A stretch of DNA of 64,000 bases from assembly GCA_043228905.1 (NCBI GenBank), contig JBHGNT010000017.1, positions 4,526,001-4,590,000 of the forward strand, given 5' to 3'. The stretch comes from Azolla caroliniana (Eukaryota; Plantae; Polypodiophyta). How positions within the stretch are numbered: position 1 is the first letter of the stretch; every line of letters starts with the position of its first letter. Of the stretch, positions 24,524-36,900 are shown piece by piece. The notes under the pieces were generated by a model that worked only from the letters and a program-made list of their open reading frames with translations, was not told where the DNA came from and made no database searches. Both the position numbers and the translations under genes were made by a program.

Positions 24524-27500
24524 GGGCCAATTTTGGCCTTAGAAGACGTTAATATATCTTTCTTTCTTTTCTTTCTCTCTCTACCTCATCGTAACTACCT
24601 TCTCCCTGATCACTAAACTCACTCCTACAAGACCCAACCACCACCCTCAATGCCCTCAGAGCCCAGCTCTCTACTATACTCCACACTTATGAGAAGTCTT
24701 GGGAAGGTTAGGTGTCGAAGGGGACTTTTAGAGGTAATCACAAGCACCGTTTGTGTGAAGCCAGGATGCTCACTCCCCCCTACCTCTTCAGAATCTAGAT
24801 ACTAGGTAACCGACTACATCATGCAAGGAGGTGGCAAGGGAATCAACATACTAGGTACACCTATTCACATTCTTCTTTATGCTGATAACATAATCTTGAT
24901 CTCTGAATCTCATACAAGTCTACAACATCATCCTAAATGGTTTTCCATCAAAAAAAGGCTTACAGTACACCTACCAAAGACATAAGGCCATGATCTTCCA
25001 AACATCTGCACTGACTCACCAACAAGCTGTATTCTCCCTATCAGGTGGGCACGTTAAGTAGTGAATTCCTATGTATATCTAGGAGTCACACTTTACAATC
25101 ACAAAAGGGCACTCCTTTACAACCCAAGCTGCCAAGAACCAACTCACTTGAGGATGTGCAGCTCTAGCCCAAATACTAGCCTCAATTAACCTGATGTTGG
25201 CCTCTGATAAACGTTAATACATCCCTCCCTCCCTCCCTCAAAATCAAGCACATGCTCATAATGAGAGGGAATCTTCAACATACAATAGATTCACAATAAA
25301 ATATATGATAACACTGCAAAATTAAGCAATGGAGATTAAATATTTGAAAGAGTTACTTTCTATGAAGAAAATAGTAGTGTAAATCCACGATGCTCAGATG
25401 CCCAAACTAGACACCAAAGTGACAATCTAAGAAACCAAGAAAGAATCACTAATCAAAGCAAATGTTGAAATGAAATCTAGCCTTGATGCACACAAATGTT
25501 CCCATTAAGAAGACACCAAATGAAAATCTCAATGATGTAAGTGCACCAAAATCCACTTCAAAGGATAAATTAGATGGCATAAAGCTATATGAAAGAGAGA
25601 AAAGGAAGCAAAATGTTTTTATTAGAGGGATGCAAGAAGAGAAATCAAAGAATGCACTCTTGCTTTGCTAAAAAAATCACAAAATTCTTTGAGGATTACA
25701 TTGCTATGCGTGATGTCATGGTATATGGAGCACATAGAGTTGGTCAAAAGAGGCTAAAAGGAGAATCATGTCCAGCCATTGTTTGCATAATCTTAGATGA
25801 TAGTAAAAGAGTTATCGTTTTGGATAACAAAAAGGTGTACTTAAAAGGTACCAATTTCTTTCTATCATTTTGGATGGTAACAAGGTGCACCTAAAAGGTA
25901 CAAATTTCTTTCCATCATTTTGGAAAGTAGCAAGGTGTACCTAGAAGGTACTAATTTCTTTGTAACAGAAGATTGCAGCCAAAGGAGCAAGAATTAGTAT
26001 CCATGGAGAATACATTCAGAATTAGCTCATTATCATTGGACTCAGACCACAAGCCCTTATATTTGCACATTACAACCAGAAACTCACACATTAACCAAGT
26101 ATTTACAGCACAAACAGAAAAGAGGTGCATTACGCAACGTTGCTATCGAGAAGCTAATCTATATGCAAATGAGGTTGAGAGGCATGTCATGAACCTCTCC
26201 CTCAGTAAAGATGTGAAAACAAATTGGAAGCAGTTAAAGGAACACATTCTCAAGGTAGGATATCAATATTTCAGTGCATGTATTGATGGATTCATATGCT
26301 TAGTTTCCTATGTAATGCTTGGTTAGGAGAAGAATGCAAGGCTCCTCTCAAATGTTCAAGCTTAGAAAAGATAAATATTAAAATGTCCTAACATTGCATC
26401 AATATCGAAGAATAGTGAGGAGAAAGAAGAGAAAATATTATCAAGTGCAAGAAAGGAAGAAAAATTTAAACTCCAACCAAAGTTAGCATGGAAACAACTC
26501 AAGGGTGAAAAGGAAGATATAATTGGAATTCACTGACGAAGAGACAGAACAGTATGTACATATGCTTTATATGCATTATGCATAAGGCCTGTGATATTGA
26601 GTATGGAAACACCATATTGAGTATTACCATATTGTGTGTTTATTGAAAATGGTAATACAAGGGCAGACAGATGTCTAATGGTAAAGCAGCCGATGCAACT
26701 TTAATAACAAGTGAGCTCTTAAAATAGATAAGACCACAAACTTGCAATGGATGGCAACCATCATGGATCATGCTATCATGAATTGGATCAAGTTGTCAAG
26801 CAAACTGATTTTCCAGAAGATTGACTCATAAATTGGATAAACCAATTCGTAAAGGATGAGAGAAAAACTTGGTATCCAACTCTCAAATTATCATGTGGTT
26901 AGCTCAGTTATTGCCAAGTTATATAGCACTATCATGGAACTGAAGATTAGCCCATGGGTTGATCATCACCACAAACACACATTTGGTCAAGAAAATATTT
27001 GACAAAAAACATTCCATTGTCGATCATTTGGAAACACTGAGAAAATTATGGAAGAAAGTGGACTTCAAGGGAAAATGTTATACTGTTCTTTTGTGAACTT
27101 CAAGAATGCCTTTGACATTGTACCAATGAGTGAGCTTTGGAAAAGAATGGTAAACATCACAATGCTATTAGAATGTAGAGAAATTGGTGCACAATTGTAT
27201 GAGAACGTTAGATGCTAACTAAAATGGCTAGTGGTTTCTCAAAATACTGCTTGAGCAACATGGGAGTCAAGCAAAGGTGTCCACTCTCTCCCACACTCTT
27301 TGGTCCAAGCATGATAAAGTACAAGAAATAGTAAACAAGGCTGCAAAAGAAGAAGTCTGATGATGTTTTGTTATTTTCATTTACTTTAAATAAGATGCAA
27401 TACTTGCTTCACGTATTGAAAACATTCTGTCAAATCTGCAGGCACGCTGTTTTTTATGTGGAAAAAACAAAAATGATGACGATAAAGGCAACACAATCAA

Positions 27501-28491
27501 GACACTACCCCAATTTTACATAGAAGTGAGAACCAAAGCTTCAAATATCTTGATATTAATGTCCCATCAGAAAATAGGTGAAATGTTTGTGATGATTCAA
27601 GACTACAAGTGGGTTGGAATAGTATTGAAGTGATACTTGAAGATGGGAAGTGAGATTGATGTTATTCAATGCTCGGTAGTGGCACTGTCTGACTTAGTGG
27701 ATGGAATGAAACAGAGAAAATTCAAATATTGTTCTTATGTAGACAACTGAAAGTTCAATCGTCAACATCCTTATTTGTCATGCTATTAGAGGTGCTAGCC
27801 ATGCAAAGAGTTTACAAGTATATGAAAAAAGCAAAGAATATTCCCGTGACAATCTCCCTGAAGTTTTCAACATATCTAGCCTCTTCCTCCCTCTCTATCA
27901 TAATCTACTAGATGCCATCTTGGAGTATAGGGGGGTTGAACCCCATGAACTTCTGGTCTCCGCCGGACAACCTTACCAATTGAGCTACACGCATCTGGTG
28001 TCACCATCTATCTATATATGTATATCTCTCTCTCACACACACACTCAAGGTAGACCCCCCATCTCTCTCAATACAGAAGACTCTAGTAAAACAACTAAAA
28101 GTTCCACAGGTCATGTGCCTCTCCAGGACGATAAGAGGTCACAATCATTGTCGTACCCGTCTCACTGTCTATCTCTAACGCATATAGCAGACATAACAAG
28201 GGCATGGAAGGATTACTTACAAGCAAAGAGACCTCCTCCTAGCAGTAGGGTTCCATAGAAAGCTGCAGAAACGGGAGCGAGCTCCGAGAATGCAGCTTGT
28301 GCACATACATGGAAGCGCTGAGGTGGGGTTGCTCTAGTAGCTGAATGTGATATCCGACGACGAACACCGTCGCAACGACCCGCCAATAAATTTCTTCCGA
28401 GGAAGCTATGGCTGAAGCTCCTGATGTGGGGTCTGTGACCTAGCGCACACAGAGAAAATGATGATGGTGGTGACGATAATGCTAAAGCCAT
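23667..28491 (-). CDS. FAX4: TMEM14-family fatty acid export protein, FAX4-like, plastid-targeted, 4 exons
   Basis: Exons 28491-28221, 24286-24222, 23959-23872, 23776-23667. Ser/Arg-rich transit peptide, then 'YGTLLLGGGLFAYSRSSSKGSLLGGLAGG...GEAIGFGTGLLFAAVFGIRLAATKKLVPAAPLLLLS'. Confidence 0.85.
24465..24520. repeat. (CT)n microsatellite
   Basis: Seen directly. Confidence 0.95.
24530..25200 (+). mobile_element. Decayed LINE RT fragment in FAX intron 1
   Basis: 'HILLYADNIILISES' (YADD-like motif) and 'YVYLGV' remnants. Confidence 0.6.
25270..27900 (+). mobile_element. Decayed LINE (ORF1, endonuclease end and RT) in FAX intron 1
   Basis: ORF1 'EREKRKQNVFIRGMQEE...AHRVG'; endonuclease end 'SDHKP'; RT remnants 'CSFVNFKNAFDIVP' and 'GVKQRCPLSPTLFG'; many stops and frameshifts. 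Confidence 0.75.
27921..27993 (-). mobile_element. tRNA-derived SINE head or tRNA pseudogene
   Basis: Minus strand: GTGTAGCTCAATTGGTAAGG (A box) ... GGGGTTCAACCCCC (B box/T-arm) ... CTCCA. Acceptor and anticodon stems pair poorly, so it is not a functional tRNA. Confidence 0.6.
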
Positions 28492-28499
28492 TAATGCCG

Positions 28500-28530
<31 letters not shown>

Positions 28531-30967
28531 AGATTTTGTTACTTTTTTGTTGGGCAAAATCAGCAGAAAATTCAAACTATTATTAATTCGGCCTTTGCTT
28601 TTGTTAAACCCAAATGCCAACTCTTTATCAATCTGCATTCCCCAAATGCAAACTCCTTATCAATCTTCATTCATCAAAAGGATGCGTGGCACTCATTTCT
28701 CACAAATTCTGATTTCTGCCCTTTCACATTTCAGATAGGGAGAAGCACGTACATATCTATGTTAATTGTGTTTTTGCATTATGTTCGCTATACACTATGT
28801 CAAGGTGGTTGTCTAAATGAGATTTGCTTTAGAACCCCTCACATCATACATTCACATGAAGTTGGTTTCAAGTAAAAATTGAAGATAATGGCCATTTGAG
28901 GATCATACTTCTAGCAAGGAAACAGATGGAATATCAAGAAACACCTACATATTAGAGTTCAGTAAAGGTCTCTTAACAACATGAGCTCCTAACCCTTGGT
29001 TCATGCTTAGTTGTATCCCTCCAACTCTTCAACATGACATTCTAGCCATCACAAATATGATCCCACCATTTTGTGACCACTCACTCCCATTCCTCAACTA
29101 TTTCCTTCAAAACTTTAATATACAAACAATGGGTGAATTTGGTGGTGAACATGATTTTGATTGCACAACATTCTGTTTTGTTTTTTCAAGGAACACTTTT
29201 ATAATGTTTAGAGTAGCTATTGTCCTGACTATTATGTGTTAACCCATTTTTTCTATACAAAATCACATTCTCAACATCAACAGAGGCATAAATTAACCCC
29301 AGTACCCCACCAAGTAATCATTTTGGAAATTCAGTTAGAAATACATATATATAAGCATTAATGATGAGTCGGAAAGTGTAGACAAAAATGGAGCATTATC
29401 ATAAAGGCAAATTATTGTTGCGTGAGCACAAGCACAGGAAACCAGCAAATGGAAAAAACAAATGGAGAGCTCAACAAACAACAATCTGAAACAACCTTTA
29501 GAAACAACAGGCTCAATATATATATATATATATATATATATCATTAACATTGTTTGAGGGGCAGGGAGGGAAGAAAAGAAATTATTCATCAAGGAAGTAG
29601 TATTGAGGTATACAAAGGCCACTTTTGTTCTTTTGAAAGTGTGCTTGTATGGGTAAATGACCTTTTGGAAATTTTCAAATATTCTCAGCTTTTTGGGTGT
29701 ATACATTTCTGCTTCTTGTATTCAGAAAATTCCCGAAACATCTGGGAGAATAAAACTGGCAAATTTTGTCCCTTTTTGTTTTAGAGGTTAAGCTCAAAAG
29801 TTGAAATGACAATCTGAGACAATCAGTACCCATTAACAATGTGGTAAACCAGGAATGGACTTCATTTTATATGTATGAAGAGTGAAGTTATGTGATGTAA
29901 CAGTGGCATATAGAGGAGACTCTCTTGCATGCATTTTATAACCAGAATACAATAGATTTTAAGGGAATGCTGCTTTTCGATATAAACATTTGTATAAGAG
30001 GAAAAAATTAAATCGCTAATGTGTGGAGTATAAACACCTTCCAAGTAACACAAGAATTAAGCTCAGATGCAATTCTTCCACGAAGATATTTCCAATACTT
30101 CCATTCCTGCATTTTGGACTATTCGTGAAGAACACAATTAAGCTTAGATGCAAAGCTCCATACTGATACTCGTATCACCCCATGAAGAGATGGCCTATGC
30201 TTCACTTCTTGCTCCTGTCCTTGCAACAATCCGCTATATATATGCCCATCTGTATGTGCCTGATAAACAATTCAGCAGGCATTTGAATGGAGAAAACTCC
30301 CAGAAAGTCCTGAAAACATAAAGTACCAACTGAGTATGGCATTTCATACAAGCTTGAAATATCAGACTTTTGCAATGTGTTTGGTTATGTGACTATAAAT
30401 TGACAAAAAATATATATTTTCACTAACACGATTGTGAATTTTGTGATTAAAATGGTTCATAAAGCTTTAGGAGGTAGATTCATTTACACATAAACCAGGA
30501 CCAAACATAACCTTAGATCATTCTCTTCTGGAAAACCTTATTGCGACTAGCCTTGATCCATGCAGTCTTGAGTTTCAGCTAGATTATCCATATGAAACCT
30601 GTGGTTATCCATCAATCTTGTTTCTTGTTCAACCTCTTAATCCATGCGCGACAGATAGTGCACTTAGTTGTTTATACAATTCTTTAGATCATCTTGGCTT
30701 AATAAGTAAAATTCTGAGATATTGTGTTAGTTTGCCAAATACAAGCTTTGCTTTGAGGCTATGGATATCCATAAGATACGATCTTTAACAGTTTTGTGAA
30801 GTGACCACATAATTGGTTTGTCACACCACATTATTCTGTTACGTTACAAGACCTTAGTGAAGCTAGGCATATCCATAAGATGCATCCTTTATCAGATTTG
30901 AAAATTACACAAATATTCTCGCTTAAAAGAAACCAAGTTTCAACATTGCACTTACCACCTAAAGTTC

Positions 30968-33900
30968 TCATGTGACTTCATCACAAAGACAATTACAATC
31001 TGGACTGGACCCTTTCTCCATTGCTCCATCCATCTAAAAGAATAACATATGAAAATCAAGTTTCCGCATAGATTAGTATCACAAATCAGCTTTCATAAAC
31101 AATAAACACTAGCTTCACCTACACATCGATTGGTTCTGCACTAATAACATCTTTTCATATTACTACCTATAAGCTTCCATAAGTAATCACACACTACCTT
31201 TAGACATATGATGATTGGTCAGGCACCAAGACTTCTGAACTCTCGCATAAATAGCAAATGAAATAAGCCTCACCATTGCAGTGGTTTATATATTTTGCAG
31301 AAATTGTCAACTTGGTTGGTTTTACTCTCATAAGAATAAGAGAGATAAAGTCAAAGAGGACCAGAAGAAAAGGAAGATGACTAGTTTTAGCTATATGATG
31401 ATTGATCAGGCACCAAGACTTCTGAACTCTTGCATAAATATTTAGCAAATGAAATACACCTCATCATTGCAGTGGTTTATTATATACTTTCCAGAAATTG
31501 TCAACTTGCTTGGTTTTACTCTTATAATAATAAGACAAATAACGTTAAAGAGGACCAGAAGAAAAGGAAGAAGAATAAAGCCAATGCAAAGAACAATGCA
31601 ATGCAGTTTCAGGAATTTTTTCTTTAGTGATCAGTCCAAGGTTGAGTTTCTTTTACATGCATGATATAATAGGAAATTAAGAGAAAATGCAAGAAACATC
31701 TAGGAGACTAGAGGGGCATTTCCAAAGAGCAAGTCTAAATTTTGAATCAGATTTTTGGTGAATGAGGAAACTATTTCCCAGATATTGGCATGTTCTTTGC
31801 TTGCCTGCAATCTTGTCTGTAGCTACTCTCTCTTCACTGATACCTTCCTCTCGTGCATATTTGGATGTTTGTTATTGCAATAAAAAGTTTAAAGCCCATC
31901 TGTGTCAAAAGTGCTTGAGATAATTATATTAAAGGTATGGTCATATGAAATGCCAAGAAAGTTTCATTGAAAATATGTTTAATTTAACTTCGGTGGTCGT
32001 CCGGCACTCCTTCATGGCTGCGATGGCCTCAATCTTTGCCGGAGACGGTTTCCGGCCGTATGGTCCGCACAAGTGACCGACCACCAGGATCTCTAACTAT
32101 CCGAATGCCGATTTCTCTCCAGAGAAGGTGAGCCGTGCACCTTCGATCTCTGCAATATCTTCTCGCAGTCAGAGATGTGGTCCAACACGAACTTCCGACA
32201 TCCATCCCCTCCGACCGACTCGTCCTTCACGTCCTCCGGACATCCATTTATCAGAATGTCATCCAGGAATGGCATGGTGATGTCCGGGATGCAATCCCTC
32301 AGCACTTTGTTCATAGCATTCACCATGTGCCCCACCGAATTGGTACCTCCTTGCGGCAAGGTACACATCCAAACTAAGCCGAGAGGGGTCCGCATCGTCA
32401 TGATTACCCTGCTTTCTACGGCTAGTTGGAATTGGCCGTACCTAGAATACAAGTCGCCGACCGAGTAGATCGACCTTCCGGTGAAGGCCTCTACGAACTC
32501 GCCAATGGTCAGCCCGACCCCTGCATTTCGAATGGTCACTTTGTTGACCGATTGCAGGTCTTGAATCAAGCACAATGTGTTGTTCTTCTTCGGCACCGTG
32601 AACCACCGATTTGAGTAAGGGGCGCTCAACGGCTCGAGGATCCCCATATCCATTTTCTCCTTGAGTAGCTCCATCAGCTTCGGGATGTGAGATCTCGGCA
32701 CCGGAATCGGTTTGAGGTTCCATAGTACATGCAGTACCGTGAAGATCACCATCAGTTCCACGATCGTTAGGTCGACGCACCCGATCTCTCCCAGCGAGAA
32801 TGCAAAGGGCTTCCCGTGCCTTTCGAGCATCCTCCGAAACTGGTCCTCCTCCGCTGGCAGTAAGAAGCCACCCCCCCGATTTGCAACTTCCACAGTGTCT
32901 CATCGGTGAACTGGTACCCTATGCCAGTCAGATCTCGTAAACTCGGGTCGGTCGTGACCCCTCTCATGTGTTCCTAGTTGTCCTCCAGTAAGGGTGTTGC
33001 GACTGGCCTCACCTTCCGGTCCACATTCTTGTACTTAGTACCCACCCGAGCGGTCCGGTCCGCCTCGATCATCTGTCCGAACTCCGCAATGACCTTGTAC
33101 ATTTCGACCAAATTGACCAGAATCGTCCGGTCTTCACTTAGATCTCTTGAGACCACCTTCTCGATCTCCCCGATGGTGTCGTCAAATGAGACCGCCTCCA
33201 CGGCGCCACTGATCTCGTGCTCGGGGCCGAAGGCTCTGCATGCCTTCAAGCGCCTTTCGACCTACCTTTTCTCCTGGCCACCGATGCCAGTTATGGTACA
33301 ACCTCCATTTTCAGAGGGACAAAATTTCATATGACCATACCTTTAAACATATTTTCAATTAAACTCTCTTGACATTTCATATGACCATGCAGGAGGACGA
33401 CTCCTGCATGAAGAAATGCTGATCAATTTCCTCCCCAACCTTCACCCTCCCATTCGGGCACGCCCCATGAAGTTCTTCCGTGGCACAGGTCGCCGCTCAT
33501 ATCTTCCATCCATGCTTTGTGTTGACCAACCACCTACCCTTCTCGTAAAATTCCATTGACATCAGGTTGATCTCCGATCTGTGGTCAATTAGCGCCACCA
33601 CCAGCTCGTGCACATCACCGATCTGGACCGGTGTCTCTGTTGTCGCCCTCGCCCAGTGCGGCTTCGTGTAGTGGCTGCCGACATAAATTACGCATGCATC
33701 TTATCAATATCTTAAATGGCCAACAACCTAGCATACAAGACAAAAGCCCCTGGAGAAAGCATTTTTATTAATAGAAACAGCATCGGCTATTTTGGTTCAC
33801 GTAGCCCAAAGAATAGATGTACCACCAAAGCAACTAGCTAATACGAGTCCAGATATGGACTGATGGGAGGGATTAGCTAAACTGGTGAAATATGACATCT

Positions 33901-36900
33901 AACAGGAAAATCAAGAATTTCACTTCAAATTCTGGACTTGCTGTTTAAGGAGTTTCATGATCAGTATTCAAAACAAAAGATGAAGCAGTAGAATGTGGGG
34001 AACCGCGGTTGGATGATACAAAAACCTACCTGCTGTTAAACTTTAACAAGAAAAAAAGGAGTCATCATTTTGATCAGGGCCTCTACCAACTGAAAATCCA
34101 CCTCACAAGTAGTGACAAATGGGTAACGTCAAGAAAAAGGTACATGTGCATGATTGTGGTGCTTTCTAAATTCAAGCACCATTTCCTTCAACTTTTGAAA
34201 CATGACCAAAGACTACAAGGGATGAACCTTGGAGCCTCCACCATATATAAAGAGACAATAGTACGTGTGTTTGCGGCATCTTGTTTAAACCCCTTATACC
34301 TATGCTTTTTAGTATTTTGGAGACCCTTTTATAAAAATCAATTAACAAAAAATACCCCTTAATACCAATATTTTTTATAACAATTCATTTTAAATTCTCT
34401 TCTATGGATTTTGCCATCATACATGATTGACATATCGTATAACCCACGAACACAAGAATACATAGTTGAAAAATCCTTGACTGTGACACCTTCAATTGTT
34501 GCACACATGAATCAGGCTACCAGAGCAACTAGCTAATACGAGTCCAGATATGGACTGATGGGAGGGATTAGCTAAACTGGTGAAATATGACATCTAACAG
34601 GAAAATCAAGAATTTCACTTCAAATTCTGGACTTGCTGTTTAAGGAGTTTCATGATCAGCATTCAAAACAAAAGATGAAGCAGTAGAATGTGGGGAACCG
34701 CGGTGGATGATACAGAAACCTACCTGCTGTTAAACTTGAACAAGAAAAAAAGGAGTCCTCATTTTGATCAGGGCCTCTACCAATTGAAAATCCACCTCAT
34801 GCGTAGTGATAAATGGGTAACGTCAAGAAAAAGGTACATGTGCATGACAGTGGTGCTTTCTAAATTCAAGCACCATTTCCTTCAACTTTTGAAGCATGAC
34901 CAAAGACTACAGGGGATAAACCTTGGAGCCTCCACCATATATAAAGAGACAATAGTACGTGTGTTTACGGCATTTTGTTTAAACCCCTTATACCTATGCT
35001 TTTTAGTATTTTAGAGACCCTTTTATAAAAATCAATTAATAAAAAACACCCCTTAATACCAATATTTTTTATAGCAATTCATTTTAAATTCTCTTCTATG
35101 GATTTTGACCTTCAAACATGATTGACATCGTATAACCCACGAACAGAAGAATACATAGTTGAAAATTCCTTGACTGTGACATCTTCAATTGTTGCACACA
35201 TGAATCAGGCTAAACTATGACATTGTCAAATGAGAAACTACAAATCAAGCCATTATATCAATCACCATGGCATGGCTAACCACAAAGCTTCTGTATGGTG
35301 GATTCTGATATGGCACCAGATAGGTTATCTCACTGATCAATAGATCCAATCAGACTCTGAAGTAAAGGTAGATCCATACATCACATGATTTAAAGTTCCT
35401 ATCAATCCCAAACAACAAACATTGCAATAAACAGGCACTTCTGTTTTTGAAGCATAAATAACTAAAATTGCATTGACAGCTCTTCTGGAGACACTTCCTT
35501 ATCAATTGACACTTTGTACAAAAATATTGTGATAAATAACATCCTTGCAAAATACTAACCTCTTTAGAAGAATGAATTTCATCGTGAACATAAAAAAGAG
35601 AAGAGTAATAGGTTGGGTTGTATATGGATCCACCCAAAACTTCATCACTAAGTGAAGATTGGCGAGCTTGACGCAAGTTTGAAGGACTGAAATTCCCAAA
35701 TGAACCTCGTGAGTTCGAAGGACTGAAATTTCCAGATGACCATCGCAAGTTTGATGGACTAAAATTTCCAAATGACCATGCTCGAGCCTCAACATCAACA
35801 GGTTGATATATGTCCCCTTGATCTATACCCAATCTATACATTTTAAGCCATATGAAAGAAGAAACGAATCGAGCAATGAAACCAGTTATTTGCATTGAAA
35901 GGGTCAGCTGAAGAGAGAAGATTGTAAGCTTTCCTAGGTCTGCATCGAGTTGAATTTTTCTGATATATGCAAAACAAACATTCCCTCAGAATTGACTCAG
36001 CAAAATAAGTTTCGCAAACAATACCAAATAAATGCTACATTAGAAAAAATCAGATAATCCTCCATCTAGTCCATCCATCGATAGAGACACCTAAAATCTT
36101 TTGTATCCTCTTTTTATATGATATGGAAAGGAATTGTGTTAATGACTCTTTAATGAACCTAGATGCTACATCCACCAACAAATATAATCACCTTTTTCGT
36201 TTATATCAGCCTCTAACTAAAAGAAACATATAGATCATCGTGCAAAAAAAATCATCTGAATTCACTCAATGGGAGGTCCCTTTATCTCTACCGAAGGCCC
36301 AAGTAATAAATGCTGTAATATGTATCTACTGGATTCCACTCCTTGGTAAAAAATATGATCATTTGCAATATGAAATGCATAGCATATTCAATTACTATGT
36401 AATTCTTCTGAATAGAAAACAGAATTATCCTAGCATTAAATGCATGATGTGTGATAGTATGCTAATGGTCATGTGTGGAACGATAAATTATACCGTATCT
36501 CAACTGAAAAAAGGATAAACCACGCAATGTCTAGTAGAAGTGCACAAACAAGCAAAACTCCATAGCTCCGACCTAGCACTTGGCTCCCACTCTCTATCGC
36601 AACAAGGGCAAAAAGTGATATTGCCAAGTTAGCCACTAAGGCTCCTGTGTAGGACACTCCCAATGATCCGATTAAGGAGCATCCAACCTTTTTTTACATA
36701 AAGAAGCAAAGTATTAATAGCTTGCAATTAGAAAGTGATTTGGAAACTGGAAAGATAGTAAACGGCGCATTGGTATATACGAAAAAACTGAGCAAAAAAA
36801 TATATTTTTAAAATATTTGATCTCCTGGCAGTTCTGGACAAATGCTGCACTAGACAAACTCTCCTAACAGTTTTTCATCTAATTTATAAACGGAGAAAGA

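Noticed and set aside
27921-27993. Functional tRNA gene
   Set aside because: Acceptor and anticodon stems do not pair adequately; kept only as a tRNA-derived element.
34009-35014. Two similar 108-117 aa ORFs
   Set aside because: Antisense intronic ORFs produced by the tandem duplication; no recognisable domain, and their ends differ.
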